NCBI GenBank assembly: GCA_965215275.1 | Contig: OZ244044.1 | Location: 544,001-608,000 of the forward strand | Direction of reading: 5' to 3' | Source: Thermodesulfobacteriota bacterium | GTDB taxonomy: Bacteria; Desulfobacterota_D; UBA1144; Nemesobacterales; JAJCZQ01 | Length of the DNA: 64,000 nt | Part shown: positions 39,806 through 49,449 of the stretch, in pieces | How positions within the stretch are numbered: position 1 is the stretch's first letter | Layout: the number at the start of each line of letters is the position of its first letter | Program-made: the position numbers and the translations under genes | Notes under the pieces: generated by a model | Told to the model about the DNA's origin: nothing | Databases searched by the model: none | The model's input: the letters and a program-made list of their open reading frames with translations, nothing else

Positions 39806-40723
39806 ATGAACAGGCATTACTATAAAGGTAAAACATCAATAAGAGATATATGCATCTTCTGGTCAGTCTCCGTCCTGCTCCATATCCTGCTCCTGTTTGC
39901 TCTATCCTTTGATCCCATGTCTCAAGACCTTCACGTAGAAAAGCCTGCAAAGACGGACTATTATGAAATAACCGAGTTCCCCGTTCCGGAAGATAAGGAA
40001 ACAGAACCGCCCGAAGACTCAAAGCTCCTGGCGGAAAAAAACCGTAAAGTTGAAAAAGAATCAGCACCCGACACCAACACTAAACTGTCAAGACAGATAA
40101 GACAGACGGCACAGAAGCCCGCGTCTCCAAAAAAACCCGCGGTCGCAAAGACGGACAGAGCAGAAAGGTCCAAAGCCAAACAGGAAAACGCCCTTGAAAA
40201 GACACAGGACAAAGTATCACTGCTTCCCCCAAAACAGAAATGGATAAAGAAAAAGACCGAAAAAGAGGCAGACAGACCAGCCAGGGATGAAAGGAAACTG
40301 GCTCGTGAAATGCCGGAGGTTCCTGCACCTTACAGATCGAAACTCCTGCCGGAAATAGGGGCAGACCACCTTAAGAAGAAAGAAGACACCATTGATCTGA
40401 ACACGAATCATTTTAAATACTATTCATATTTTATCGGCTTGAAAAAACAGATCGAAAACGTGTGGCACTATCCAAAAGACGCTGCAGTCAAAGGAAAACA
40501 CGGAAAACTGAACCTGATATTCACGGTATCGAGCGACGGCGATCTGGAGAAATTAAAGGTCTTACGGTCTTCAGGCTACGCTTCTCTTGACGATGAAGCA
40601 GTAAGGGCCATAAAGGTCGCAGCTCCTTATCACCCTTTTCCGAAAAGCTGGGAAGGAATGGAAAGACTGAACATAAAAGCTTCCTTTGAATACCGCTCTT
40701 CAAGGTCCCTGTACGTCAGATAG
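39806..40723 (+). CDS. TonB family protein
   Basis: N-terminal SVLLH TM anchor, charged linker, C-terminal WHYP...SSGYASLDDEAVRAI. Confidence 0.88.
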   Translation: MNRHYYKGKTSIRDICIFWSVSVLLHILLLFALSFDPMSQDLHVEKPAKTDYYEITEFPVPEDKETEPPEDSKLLAEKNRKVEKESAPDTNTKLSRQIRQTAQKPASPKKPAVAKTDRAERSKAKQENALEKTQDKVSLLPPKQKWIKKKTEKEADRPARDERKLAREMPEVPAPYRSKLLPEIGADHLKKKEDTIDLNTNHFKYYSYFIGLKKQIENVWHYPKDAAVKGKHGKLNLIFTVSSDGDLEKLKVLRSSGYASLDDEAVRAIKVAAPYHPFPKSWEGMERLNIKASFEYRSSRSLYVR

Positions 40724-40742
40724 GTCCTGAACTCGTGCAGAG

Positions 40743-41783
40743 CTACCCGTTCAGAAACTCTACCTTCGCGGGTCCCCGGGCTTTTACTACCTCCCCTATT
40801 ATGCATGCCTTCTGATCCAGTTTACCCAGCCTGTTCAGCACTTTGTTCTTCTCGGAAGCAGGGACCACAAGTACCATGCCAATACCGCAGTTGAACGTTC
40901 TGAGCATTTCATCCTGGTCAACGTTTCCCAGTTCCTTTATAAGCTTCATGATCCTGGGCATCTTCCATAAAGACAGATCGATAATCGCCTTTGTGTGCTT
41001 TGGCATCACCCTCGGGATATTGTCGGTCAGTCCACCTCCGGTAACGTGAGCAATGGCCTTAACCTCGTATTTACCTACGATATCCAGCACGGTCTTTACA
41101 TAGATCCTTGTCGGCTTAAGCAGTTCTCTGTAAAGAGGGACCCTGAAACCCTTTGGTTTATGGTCTAATTTCAGTCTGGACCTTTTAAACAGGACCTTCC
41201 TTGCAAGCGAATACCCGTTAGAGTGCAGTCCGGAGGAACAAAGTCCTATCAGGACGTCCCCATGACCTGCTTTACTGCCGTTAATGAACCTGCTTTTTTC
41301 AACGACCCCAACAGCAAATCCCGCAAGGTCAAATTCGTTCCTTTTATAAAAACCCGGCATCTCCGCCGTTTCTCCACCCAGAAGCACACACCCTGACTCT
41401 TTACATCCCCTGACGATACCTTTTATGACCTCAGCGTGCTGGCTCGGAACCAGTTTTGAGGTCGCCAGATAATCAAGGAAGAACAGCGGCTCCGCTCCGC
41501 AGGTCACAACGTCGTTAACGGACATTGCAACAAGGTCTATCCCGACCGTGTCAAGTATCCCGGAATCGAACGCGAGTTTCAGTTTTGTGCCAACGCCGTC
41601 AGTGGAAGACACGAGCAGAGGCTGCCTGTATTTGCGGGATAGTGAAAAAGCTCCGGAAAAACCCCCTATCTCCGTACCGGAATATACGTTGTGCGTGGAT
41701 CTGACCAGAGGTCTTATAAGCCGTACAAATTCGCTGCCTGCATCAATATCAACACCTGAACTCTTGTACGTGGATTTACTCAC
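40743..41783 (-). CDS. purM: Phosphoribosylformylglycinamidine cyclo-ligase
   Basis: YKSSGVDI, TDGVGTK, GGETAEMPG, GLHSNGYSL, HVTGGG, TFNCGIG. Confidence 0.98.
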   Translation of the reverse strand: MSKSTYKSSGVDIDAGSEFVRLIRPLVRSTHNVYSGTEIGGFSGAFSLSRKYRQPLLVSSTDGVGTKLKLAFDSGILDTVGIDLVAMSVNDVVTCGAEPLFFLDYLATSKLVPSQHAEVIKGIVRGCKESGCVLLGGETAEMPGFYKRNEFDLAGFAVGVVEKSRFINGSKAGHGDVLIGLCSSGLHSNGYSLARKVLFKRSRLKLDHKPKGFRVPLYRELLKPTRIYVKTVLDIVGKYEVKAIAHVTGGGLTDNIPRVMPKHTKAIIDLSLWKMPRIMKLIKELGNVDQDEMLRTFNCGIGMVLVVPASEKNKVLNRLGKLDQKACIIGEVVKARGPAKVEFLNG

Positions 41784-41812
41784 TTAAGATCATCGCCCTG
41801 ACCTGCGATCAG

Positions 41813-42457
41813 TTACTCATCTTCCAAGATCTTAACAGACCTTATAACCACGGACGTTGTTGGAACATCACTGAAATGCTCCACGACCCCCGTTTCCACC
41901 GCACCTATTTTATCAACCACGTCCATACCTTCCACCACCTCACCAAAGACGGCGTATCCATAATCCCTCTGTCCATGATCTAAAAAACCGTTGTCTGCCA
42001 GATTGATAAAGAACTGCGAGGTGGCACTGTTAATGTCCGAGGTCCTTGCCATGGCGAGGGAACCTCTCTTATTTAAAAGGCCGTTCTTAGCTTCATTGTC
42101 GATCGGCTGCCTGGTCGGCTTCTGGACCATACCTTCGGTAAAGCCGCCCGTCTGTATCATAAAACCGGGTATCACCCTGTGAAATATAACGCCGTCGTAA
42201 AAACCCTCCCTTGCATAAGCAAGGAAGTTATCCACCGTAACCGGTGCTTTTTTCCCGTTCAGTTCTACTTTTATATCGCCGAGATTCGTCGAGATCAGTA
42301 CCATTGAAATTACTCCTTTACCGCTGGTTTTTTGCATTTCCTTTTCTTTCTTTTTCACAAAAGTATCACAGGCAGATAGTGCAGCAGTAAATACCACTGC
42401 CATCAGCACCAAAATGATCTTATAACACATGCTTGAACGAACATTCATATTAGTCAT
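41813..42457 (-). CDS. Cyclophilin-type peptidyl-prolyl isomerase, probable lipoprotein (start uncertain)
   Basis: [33 protein letters not shown]; lipobox LSAC. Confidence 0.95.
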   Translation of the reverse strand: MTNMNVRSSMCYKIILVLMAVVFTAALSACDTFVKKKEKEMQKTSGKGVISMVLISTNLGDIKVELNGKKAPVTVDNFLAYAREGFYDGVIFHRVIPGFMIQTGGFTEGMVQKPTRQPIDNEAKNGLLNKRGSLAMARTSDINSATSQFFINLADNGFLDHGQRDYGYAVFGEVVEGMDVVDKIGAVETGVVEHFSDVPTTSVVIRSVKILEDE

Positions 42458-42538
42458 TTCCCTTTATCTGTTAGTTAAACCGAAAATATAGTGTATCATA
42501 TAGGGTCTGGTTTCAAAACAGCTTTTTGAGGAAAAAGT

Positions 42539-43474
42539 ATGAGCAAGATCGAATTCGGAGTTATGCTGCGGCAGCAAAAGATAGACTTCTCGGATATACG
42601 CGAGGCGGCGCAGCTTTGCGATAAACTGGGATATGATTCCATATGGTTTTACGACCACGTTCTCGGGCAAGGCATTATCGGCATTGACATTTTGGAACCC
42701 TGGACACTTATGTCGGCACTTGCACCTGTAACCGAACGGATTAGGATCGGGACCATGGTGCTGTGCAACGGGTTCAGACATCCTCCGCTGCTGGCAAAAA
42801 TGGCCTCAACCCTTGATCATATATCCACAGGCAGACTTGAACTTGCCATCGGCGCAGGCTGGTTCGAAGAAGAGTTCAAAGCGTATGGGTACGACTTCCC
42901 GGATGCAAAGACCAGAATAGAGATGCTCAGGGAATCAGTTGAGATATTAAAACTTTTATGGATAGAGGAAAAAGCAAATTACAACGGAAAATACTATAAA
43001 GTAGAAGAGGCCTTATGTAATCCCAAACCCGTTCAGAAACCTCACATTCCCGTTATAATCGGAGGAGCCGGGGAAAATCATCTGTTAAAAGTCGTTGCTG
43101 CGGTGGCCGATGAATGGAACTGTCCCGCAACCCACTCGGTTGAATTCGACAGGAAATACCTGGCACTGAAACGGCACTGTAATGACCTGCAAAGAGATAT
43201 TGAGACAATACGCATATCCGAGCAAACCGTGTGCGTGCTGGTCGGCAGGGAAAACGAACTTGCGGAAAAGCTCGAGAAAGCTCAACGCAGATACTCGTTC
43301 TTTGGAGACGTGGAAAAGCTGGGAATAGTTGGAACGCCGGATCAATGTATCAAAAAAATAAACGCCAATAAGGAAAAAGGCATAACAAAATACACGATCT
43401 TTTTTTCAGACGTAATGAATAAAGAAACCCTTGAACTGTTTGCAAAAGAAGTTATACCGGAGTTTGATCGTTAG
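42539..43474 (+). CDS. LLM-class, probably F420-dependent, oxidoreductase
   Basis: GYDSIWFYDH, FRHPPLLAKMASTLDHISTGRLELAIGAGW, PKPVQKPH. Confidence 0.9.
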   Translation: MSKIEFGVMLRQQKIDFSDIREAAQLCDKLGYDSIWFYDHVLGQGIIGIDILEPWTLMSALAPVTERIRIGTMVLCNGFRHPPLLAKMASTLDHISTGRLELAIGAGWFEEEFKAYGYDFPDAKTRIEMLRESVEILKLLWIEEKANYNGKYYKVEEALCNPKPVQKPHIPVIIGGAGENHLLKVVAAVADEWNCPATHSVEFDRKYLALKRHCNDLQRDIETIRISEQTVCVLVGRENELAEKLEKAQRRYSFFGDVEKLGIVGTPDQCIKKINANKEKGITKYTIFFSDVMNKETLELFAKEVIPEFDR

Positions 43475-43522
43475 CAGGATCATGCTGATGTTATATGGAA
43501 CTCTCAAAATGATCTTGAAAAT

Positions 43523-44152
43523 ATGACCGATAAAAGACCTTATACTCGCGAGAAACTTATTTATAAAAGATTTGTCTCACGTTTTAGTCCTACTAGTGTA
43601 GAGAGATATGTCCCTAACAGGCGAGGTTTAGAAGGTTTATTTGTAATCAGAGAGGTCGACCTGTGGAACAAGGGTATTGAAGAAATATATATAGTCGTTG
43701 ATGCTTCTTCATCGTTTGATGAAAAGAAATTATCATCTGTTATTCACCACATTTACAAACTTTTAGTCAGAGACAGAGTTGACGTTAAATGGAATATACT
43801 GATCTTTGCCACCAAGGCTGAACTGATCAAAAAAGTTAAAATAAAAAACGCTGATACCGTCTGTGAGATCATTAATGAAAACCGGGATAAAGTTGGCAGT
43901 ACTGCTGAATTTGCACCAGTCGAAAGCATTTTAAGGAAGAATTTTGGAAATATAACAGGGATAATTTTTGTTAGTGACTACGATTTTACAGAAGAGGACA
44001 GAAAGAATTTTTATCAGTTCGTTATTAAAAAATCACTTGCTGGATTTAAAGTTCCAATGCTGGTAATTGAGGTCGGTGGTGCCGTTCAGGAAGAAGTTAT
44101 ACAGACTTTCAGTAAAAAATCACACATAGACCTTTGCATTTTTAACTATTGA
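43523..44152 (+). CDS. VWA-like domain protein
   Basis: VVDASSSF MIDAS-like DxSxS, GST, IFVSD; AT-rich. Confidence 0.6.
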   Translation: MTDKRPYTREKLIYKRFVSRFSPTSVERYVPNRRGLEGLFVIREVDLWNKGIEEIYIVVDASSSFDEKKLSSVIHHIYKLLVRDRVDVKWNILIFATKAELIKKVKIKNADTVCEIINENRDKVGSTAEFAPVESILRKNFGNITGIIFVSDYDFTEEDRKNFYQFVIKKSLAGFKVPMLVIEVGGAVQEEVIQTFSKKSHIDLCIFNY

Positions 44153-44165
44153 TCAACGGTCCTGC

Positions 44166-44951
44166 TTACTTGATCTCTATTTCCCGCTCGGTAGCGTTCC
44201 AGTCCGCCTGAATTAACTTACCGTCCTTGTCCAGCACCTCTAACCTGATATGGTAGGTGCCAGTACTGAGACCAGATACAAAAGCTGGTGTCCATTCGTC
44301 AGTTTCAAAAATATATTCACGGGTGTCACCTTTTTTACGGACCCTGTACCTTGCCGTATTCCCGTCGGCACTCAGTTCCACGTTGTTTAAATAAAAATCC
44401 AGCATGATCTTTTTTGCAGCATCACCAGCATAAACCCCTTTAGGACGGCTATAAACAACAAAAGGACTTCCTGTTCTTACAGGCTGAAATTCCAATCTGT
44501 TACCAGTCAGCTTAAAACTGACCACGCTGCCTGCACCCGGCGTCTTGACGCTTTCATGATAGGAACGGCCTGGAAATGCAAACAGCGTGTGCTGTCCTTC
44601 CGTTACTTCCTTTATATGTACCAGGTTATCCTTACCGTGCCTGTAAATCGCCAGATATGGCTTATTATCTATGATCAGATGAACGTGCTGCCCTCTTGGG
44701 GAATTTGCTATCTCCGCCGCTCTCGGCGTCTTTGTCTGAATACCTAACACAAAATCATCCACGTCCAGTTCCACGTCAATCCCGTTACCCTTCCTGGTGA
44801 TATTTACGATCCTTACATTAGGTTTTCCCGAAACTGCAGGTGACCTTTCTGCCTTGCTGATAACCACACCCGTTTTATTCCAGCAACCGGCCGCAAACGT
44901 TAATGCAGTTATAACAGAAATAAAAAGAACTTTAACTCGTTTAATCTTCAT
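44166..44951 (-). CDS. Hypothetical lipoprotein
   Basis: Lipobox FAAGC; GQHVHLIIDN, SYHESVK, YSRPKG blocks. Confidence 0.75.
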   Translation of the reverse strand: MKIKRVKVLFISVITALTFAAGCWNKTGVVISKAERSPAVSGKPNVRIVNITRKGNGIDVELDVDDFVLGIQTKTPRAAEIANSPRGQHVHLIIDNKPYLAIYRHGKDNLVHIKEVTEGQHTLFAFPGRSYHESVKTPGAGSVVSFKLTGNRLEFQPVRTGSPFVVYSRPKGVYAGDAAKKIMLDFYLNNVELSADGNTARYRVRKKGDTREYIFETDEWTPAFVSGLSTGTYHIRLEVLDKDGKLIQADWNATEREIEIK

Positions 44952-45017
44952 TTTTTCAACCCGCTTAAAAATTTCAGTTATGATTTATATCAAGTAGTAT
45001 TATAACACCAGAGAAAA

Positions 45018-46046
45018 ATGAAAAGAAGACCGTCTCAAACCGTTCCCCATGAGGACATAGCAGGTCTGGACGTTCCCAGCAGACCAAGAAGGAACAGAAA
45101 GTCCGAGAGTATCAGAAAGCTGATACGAGAATCCCATCTTACACCGGGTGACCTCATTTATCCCCTGTTTATACACGATAAGGATACCGATGAAGATATA
45201 AGTTCAATGCCCGGATGTAAAAGGTTTGGCATAAAAGGACTGCTGAACGAAGTAAGAACGTCCCTTAAGCTCGGAATTTCGGCATTCGTGCTGTTCCCTG
45301 CAATCAAGGAAGATCTGAAGTCCTCTTTATGCGAGGAGTCGTATAACAAGGATGGACTGGTTCAAAGGGCCGTCAGATCGATCAAGGAAAATATCCCCGA
45401 GGCCACGGTCATAACCGACGTCGCCCTTGATCCCTATAACAGCGATGGACACGACGGAGTTGTATCTCCCAAGGGTGAAATACTGAACGACTACACGGTT
45501 GAGGTGCTGTGCAAGCAGGCACTCTCACACGCACGGTCCGGGGCAGACGTCGTTTCACCAAGCGATATGATGGACGGAAGGATAGGTGCTATCAGAGAGA
45601 CGCTTGACGAAGAGGAGTTTACAGGCGTTTCAATTATGTCCTACACGGCAAAATACGCATCGTCGTTTTACGGGCCATTTCGTGGTGCACTGGATTCCGC
45701 TCCCAAATCAGGTGATAAGAAAACCTATCAGATGGACCCTGCCAATTCCCGTGAGGCGTTAAGGGAACTTATGCTCGATGAAGAGGAAGGTGCCGATATA
45801 GTGATGGTCAAGCCCGCCGGATACTATCTTGACCTTGTACATCTCTTTAAAGAAAACACGGAACTCCCGGTTGCCTCATATCAGGTAAGTGGTGAGTATC
45901 TGATGATCAAGGCAGCTTCGGCTTCAGGATGGTTAGATGAAGATAAGGCCGTTTTAGAAAGCCTGATGAGCATAAAACGAGCAGGTGCTGATATGATACT
46001 GACGTATTTTGCACCAAAAGCGGCTTTACTTCTGAGAGATACTTAA
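45018..46046 (+). CDS. hemB: Porphobilinogen synthase, Asp-rich Zn-independent type
   Basis: RPRRNR, DVALDPYNSDGHDG, SDMMDGR, YGPFR, MVKP, YQVSGEY. Confidence 0.97.
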   Translation: MKRRPSQTVPHEDIAGLDVPSRPRRNRKSESIRKLIRESHLTPGDLIYPLFIHDKDTDEDISSMPGCKRFGIKGLLNEVRTSLKLGISAFVLFPAIKEDLKSSLCEESYNKDGLVQRAVRSIKENIPEATVITDVALDPYNSDGHDGVVSPKGEILNDYTVEVLCKQALSHARSGADVVSPSDMMDGRIGAIRETLDEEEFTGVSIMSYTAKYASSFYGPFRGALDSAPKSGDKKTYQMDPANSREALRELMLDEEEGADIVMVKPAGYYLDLVHLFKENTELPVASYQVSGEYLMIKAASASGWLDEDKAVLESLMSIKRAGADMILTYFAPKAALLLRDT

Positions 46047-46153
46047 CGATCAGAGGTATATTTAACAGAACTGCAGAGCGTTAAGGTCCGTATGCTCAGA
46101 TCCGACAGGAAAGAACACGGACAAAGATATCAGCTAAATGTATTATCGTTCTC

Positions 46154-46182
46154 TTTACAATTCCACAGACTTTTGATACAAT
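46154..46182 (+). promoter_or_regulatory. Sigma70-type promoter for rpmE2
   Basis: TTTACA-17 nt-TACAAT with extended TG. Confidence 0.6.
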
Positions 46183-46214
46183 GTTTTGTTTACGATTTAT
46201 GAGGTGAAAAAAGT

Positions 46215-46493
46215 ATGAAAAAAGGCATACACCCTGAATACAATTACGTGGTCTTTAAAGACGCCTCCTCTGATTTTGCAGTGCTGACAAGATCGACCAG
46301 GACCTCCGAAGAGAAGATCAAATGGACAGATGGTAATGAATATCCGCTCATTACGGTCGAGATATCAAGTGGTTCCCATCCCTTTTACACCGGAAAGGAA
46401 AAGTCCTACGAGAAAGAAGGCCGCGTGGAACGATTCATGAAGAAATACGGCAAAGCGACTAAAAAATCAGAAACGCAGGAAAAAAACACCTGA
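46215..46493 (+). CDS. rpmE2: 50S ribosomal protein L31 type B
   Basis: [30 protein letters not shown]; no Cys. Confidence 0.95.
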   Translation: MKKGIHPEYNYVVFKDASSDFAVLTRSTRTSEEKIKWTDGNEYPLITVEISSGSHPFYTGKEKSYEKEGRVERFMKKYGKATKKSETQEKNT

Positions 46494-47243
46494 TCAGAAT
46501 ACCATTTCCTCACCGTCCCGGGGAATTAACAGTCTGTCGGGGCTGATATTTTCCCTGTCGGCAAGTTTTCTCAGATCCGCTCTTGTTATCTTGTAGTGAT
46601 CAAGGCTTTCCATGTGGACCGCCACGACCTTTGCCTCAGGTGCGAACTTACACGTGCTCACGGTCTGAAAACCGTCCATGACTATCGGTTCGGAATTACC
46701 CAGCCTTGCACCACTTGAATGAGTAATGATAACGTCGGGCTTATGCTCAAGAATTACGCTTTCTACCCCGTCGTACCATATAGTATCACCAGCCCAGTAA
46801 ACCGTTGGCTCATTTTCAGCTTTAAAGACAAAGCCCGATACCTTTCCCATTGACTGTGCCCATACCCCTACCCCGTGCTGACCTGCGACCCTGGTTATTT
46901 CGATACCTTCCCATACGGATGAGCTCTCGACCGGACGCACGTTCGTAAAACCGGTGCTCCCGATCATCGGTTCATCGCCCGGCTGACAGAATATGGTCAG
47001 GTCCCTGGGCATGACCTCCTGGGCTTTTGGATCAAAATGATCTATATGAAGATGTGAAACGATGCAGAGTTCAACACCTGACAGTACCTCTTCGATCGGT
47101 ACCGGCATATCCTCGAGTGGATTAGGGGACCGGCCGATAAAAGTTTCGTAAGCATACTTTCCTGCAAGCATAGGGTCCGTTAAAACCGTCCTTCCAGCAT
47201 ACTCAATCTTCATCGTGGCATTTCTTATAAGTCGTAATTTCAT
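46494..47243 (-). CDS. MBL-fold metallo-hydrolase
   Basis: LIRNAT, SHLHIDH, AGDT, VHME. Confidence 0.9.
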   Translation of the reverse strand: MKLRLIRNATMKIEYAGRTVLTDPMLAGKYAYETFIGRSPNPLEDMPVPIEEVLSGVELCIVSHLHIDHFDPKAQEVMPRDLTIFCQPGDEPMIGSTGFTNVRPVESSSVWEGIEITRVAGQHGVGVWAQSMGKVSGFVFKAENEPTVYWAGDTIWYDGVESVILEHKPDVIITHSSGARLGNSEPIVMDGFQTVSTCKFAPEAKVVAVHMESLDHYKITRADLRKLADRENISPDRLLIPRDGEEMVF

Positions 47244-47265
47244 TTCGGTCGCTCCCGGTTCAGTT

Positions 47266-47856
47266 TCAGGACCTTGCAAATTTTATAAGCGGTTCAAAGT
47301 TAAATTTATCAGCTTCCTTCAATGCCTTGATATATACTTTCCTTATCTTGCCTTTCTGGATCAAACTGACTCCCCCACCCCAGGTGAACCTTTTCCGCTT
47401 AAGTACGTTCTCAAGAAGAATATCCGCCATCAGCCTTGAAGTCCTGCCGTTACCATTACTGAAAGGATGGATAAAGACCAGGCGATGATGAAGTCTCGCG
47501 GCTATTTCATCCGGGGGATAGGTGTTACTTTCTATCCATATCTCCACGTCTCTGCACATATTCCTTACGGAAGAAGATATCTCCCACCATGATACCCCGA
47601 TGTTCGTATCCTGTTTTCTGAAATAACCGGCGTTTTTCCATACCTGACCGAACATCCTGCGATGCAGGTCCCTTATAAACTTTCCGCTCAGGATATTATC
47701 AGGTTTTACCTTTTTCAGCCAGATCAATGCCTCTTTAATGTTCTGATATTCCCATCTGTTCAAATCTTCACGGTTAGTAACATGGATCAATAAAAGCTCT
47801 CTTGCCTCGTCCGGGTCGATCGGGGTTGATCCCATTGGGGCTTTATTTTTGCTCAT
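47266..47856 (-). CDS. Mobile mystery protein B (Fic domain)
   Basis: GSTPIDPDE, LHRRMFGQVW..AG, HPFSNGNGRTSRL, FTWG. Confidence 0.93.
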   Translation of the reverse strand: MSKNKAPMGSTPIDPDEARELLLIHVTNREDLNRWEYQNIKEALIWLKKVKPDNILSGKFIRDLHRRMFGQVWKNAGYFRKQDTNIGVSWWEISSSVRNMCRDVEIWIESNTYPPDEIAARLHHRLVFIHPFSNGNGRTSRLMADILLENVLKRKRFTWGGGVSLIQKGKIRKVYIKALKEADKFNFEPLIKFARS

Positions 47857-47859
47857 TGA

Positions 47860-48318
47860 CTAATCCCACAGGTCTCTGGGCATATCGTTCATTATGCCTT
47901 CCACGTCTTCTGAAAATAAATTTTTCAAATTCTTATCCTTTATTTTCTGCTTTTCAAGGACCATTGTCTGATCAACTATTTTCAGTCTTTCTCTTGCGAC
48001 CTCTTCAGCTCTCTTTCTTACGGTGTCCTCCAGACTGGTCCGAGGAATAAGGCTATAGACAAGAACACAGTCCAGACTTTCAGCAACCTTTCTGAGGGTT
48101 TTTATCGTTATGGAACCCACGACCTCATCCTGCTCAAGCCTGGCAACGCTCTGCTTGGACGTATTCAGCCTCCTGGCAAGCTGCCTTCCGCTCATTCCCA
48201 GCCCTTCCCTTATTGAACGTATCCAGCCAAGTGGAGGAGTTCTGAGCTTTTTCAGCAAAGCGAACCCGGACAAAGCCCCGTCTATCTGTTCTCTTACGAT
48301 CTTTTTTTTCGTCTTCAT
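47860..48318 (-). CDS. Mobile mystery protein A (XRE HTH)
   Basis: PPLGWIRSIREGLGMS..QLARRL, TMVLEKQ, C-terminal LWD. Confidence 0.93.
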   Translation of the reverse strand: MKTKKKIVREQIDGALSGFALLKKLRTPPLGWIRSIREGLGMSGRQLARRLNTSKQSVARLEQDEVVGSITIKTLRKVAESLDCVLVYSLIPRTSLEDTVRKRAEEVARERLKIVDQTMVLEKQKIKDKNLKNLFSEDVEGIMNDMPRDLWD

Positions 48319-48350
48319 AATTGACAATATATATTATGACTTTTATTTTT

Positions 48351-48376
48351 ATATGACAATATATATATTGTCATAT
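48351..48376. promoter_or_regulatory. Perfect 26-bp palindrome upstream of mobile mystery A, likely operator
   Basis: ATATGACAATATA/TATATTGTCATAT; related site TGACAATATATATT at ~48322. Confidence 0.75.
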
Positions 48377-48546
48377 CTCCACGACCCTGTCAAGTTCCAA
48401 TGTAAGTTATTTTACTACTTCTGGATCGTTAAAGTCAATTATCAGGAGTTCACAGGTGTTTCGAACGAACGTGGACGACCGAGCAGCAGCTCAGGCAAAA
48501 CGGACCGAGAACTTCCAGGGTTACAGTATTTACGGACCTGTAGGGT

Positions 48547-49449
48547 TCAATCAGCTGCCTTTGACAGCAGGGATTCTGCCAGACGCTTACCCATATCTTC
48601 GGCTTCCTGCCTGCTGCCATCTGACCTTTCAGTTACAAGATCCCTGCCAAGTTCATCAGATACAAACCCTACTGCGCTCATGCCTTCCCCTGACGCTCTG
48701 GCATAGCAACCGGCGGGAACGTTGCAGTCACCTTCCAGGTGCTTCAGGAAAGACCTTTCAAGTAAGGTCTCGTACAGCGTCTCCGGATGGTTTATATCAT
48801 CCAGTATATCGCTGATATACTTATCGTCTTCTCTGGATTCCATGGCGATAGTTCCCTGACCCGGTGCAGGGATGAAAACGTTTGGGTCCAGGACCTGAGA
48901 GATCTTATGCTGAAGGTCCATCCTGTTCAGTCCGGCTCTGGCAAGGATCACGGCGTCAAGGTCCTCAAGGTACAGCTTTTTAACCCTTGTATCCACGTTC
49001 CCTCTGATAGGAACGACTTCAAGGTGTGGATAATAGTGCAGTATTTGTGCCTTTCTTCTAACGCTTCCGGTCCCGACCCTGGAACCGGGGATCAGATCAT
49101 CAAGGTGACGGTTTTTTTTTGAAACGACCGCGTCCTCGGGATGATCCCTTTCAGAGACCGCTCCGATCTTAAGCCCGTCAGGAAGTTCCGATGGAAGGTC
49201 CTTTAAACTGTGCACGGCAACATCGACCTCTTCGTTCAGGAGCGATACTTCGATCTCCCTGACAAAAGCACCCTTACCTCCTATATCAGAAAGAGAAGAC
49301 GCGGACATCCTGTCTCCGCGGGTTTTTATAATGGATATCTGAACATCGGTATCAGGGAGACGCTCCAGCAGTGCGGACCTTACAGAACCGGCCTGCCAAA
49401 GTGCCAGTTTACTTCCCCTGGTTCCAACTATTAACGTTCTCCTCGTCAC
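48547..49449 (-). CDS. hemC: Hydroxymethylbilane synthase
   Basis: GTRGSKLALWQA, VHSLKD, GTGSVRR, RGNVDTR, GDCNVP; GTG start overlapping the hemA end. Confidence 0.97.
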   Translation of the reverse strand: MTRRTLIVGTRGSKLALWQAGSVRSALLERLPDTDVQISIIKTRGDRMSASSLSDIGGKGAFVREIEVSLLNEEVDVAVHSLKDLPSELPDGLKIGAVSERDHPEDAVVSKKNRHLDDLIPGSRVGTGSVRRKAQILHYYPHLEVVPIRGNVDTRVKKLYLEDLDAVILARAGLNRMDLQHKISQVLDPNVFIPAPGQGTIAMESREDDKYISDILDDINHPETLYETLLERSFLKHLEGDCNVPAGCYARASGEGMSAVGFVSDELGRDLVTERSDGSRQEAEDMGKRLAESLLSKAAD

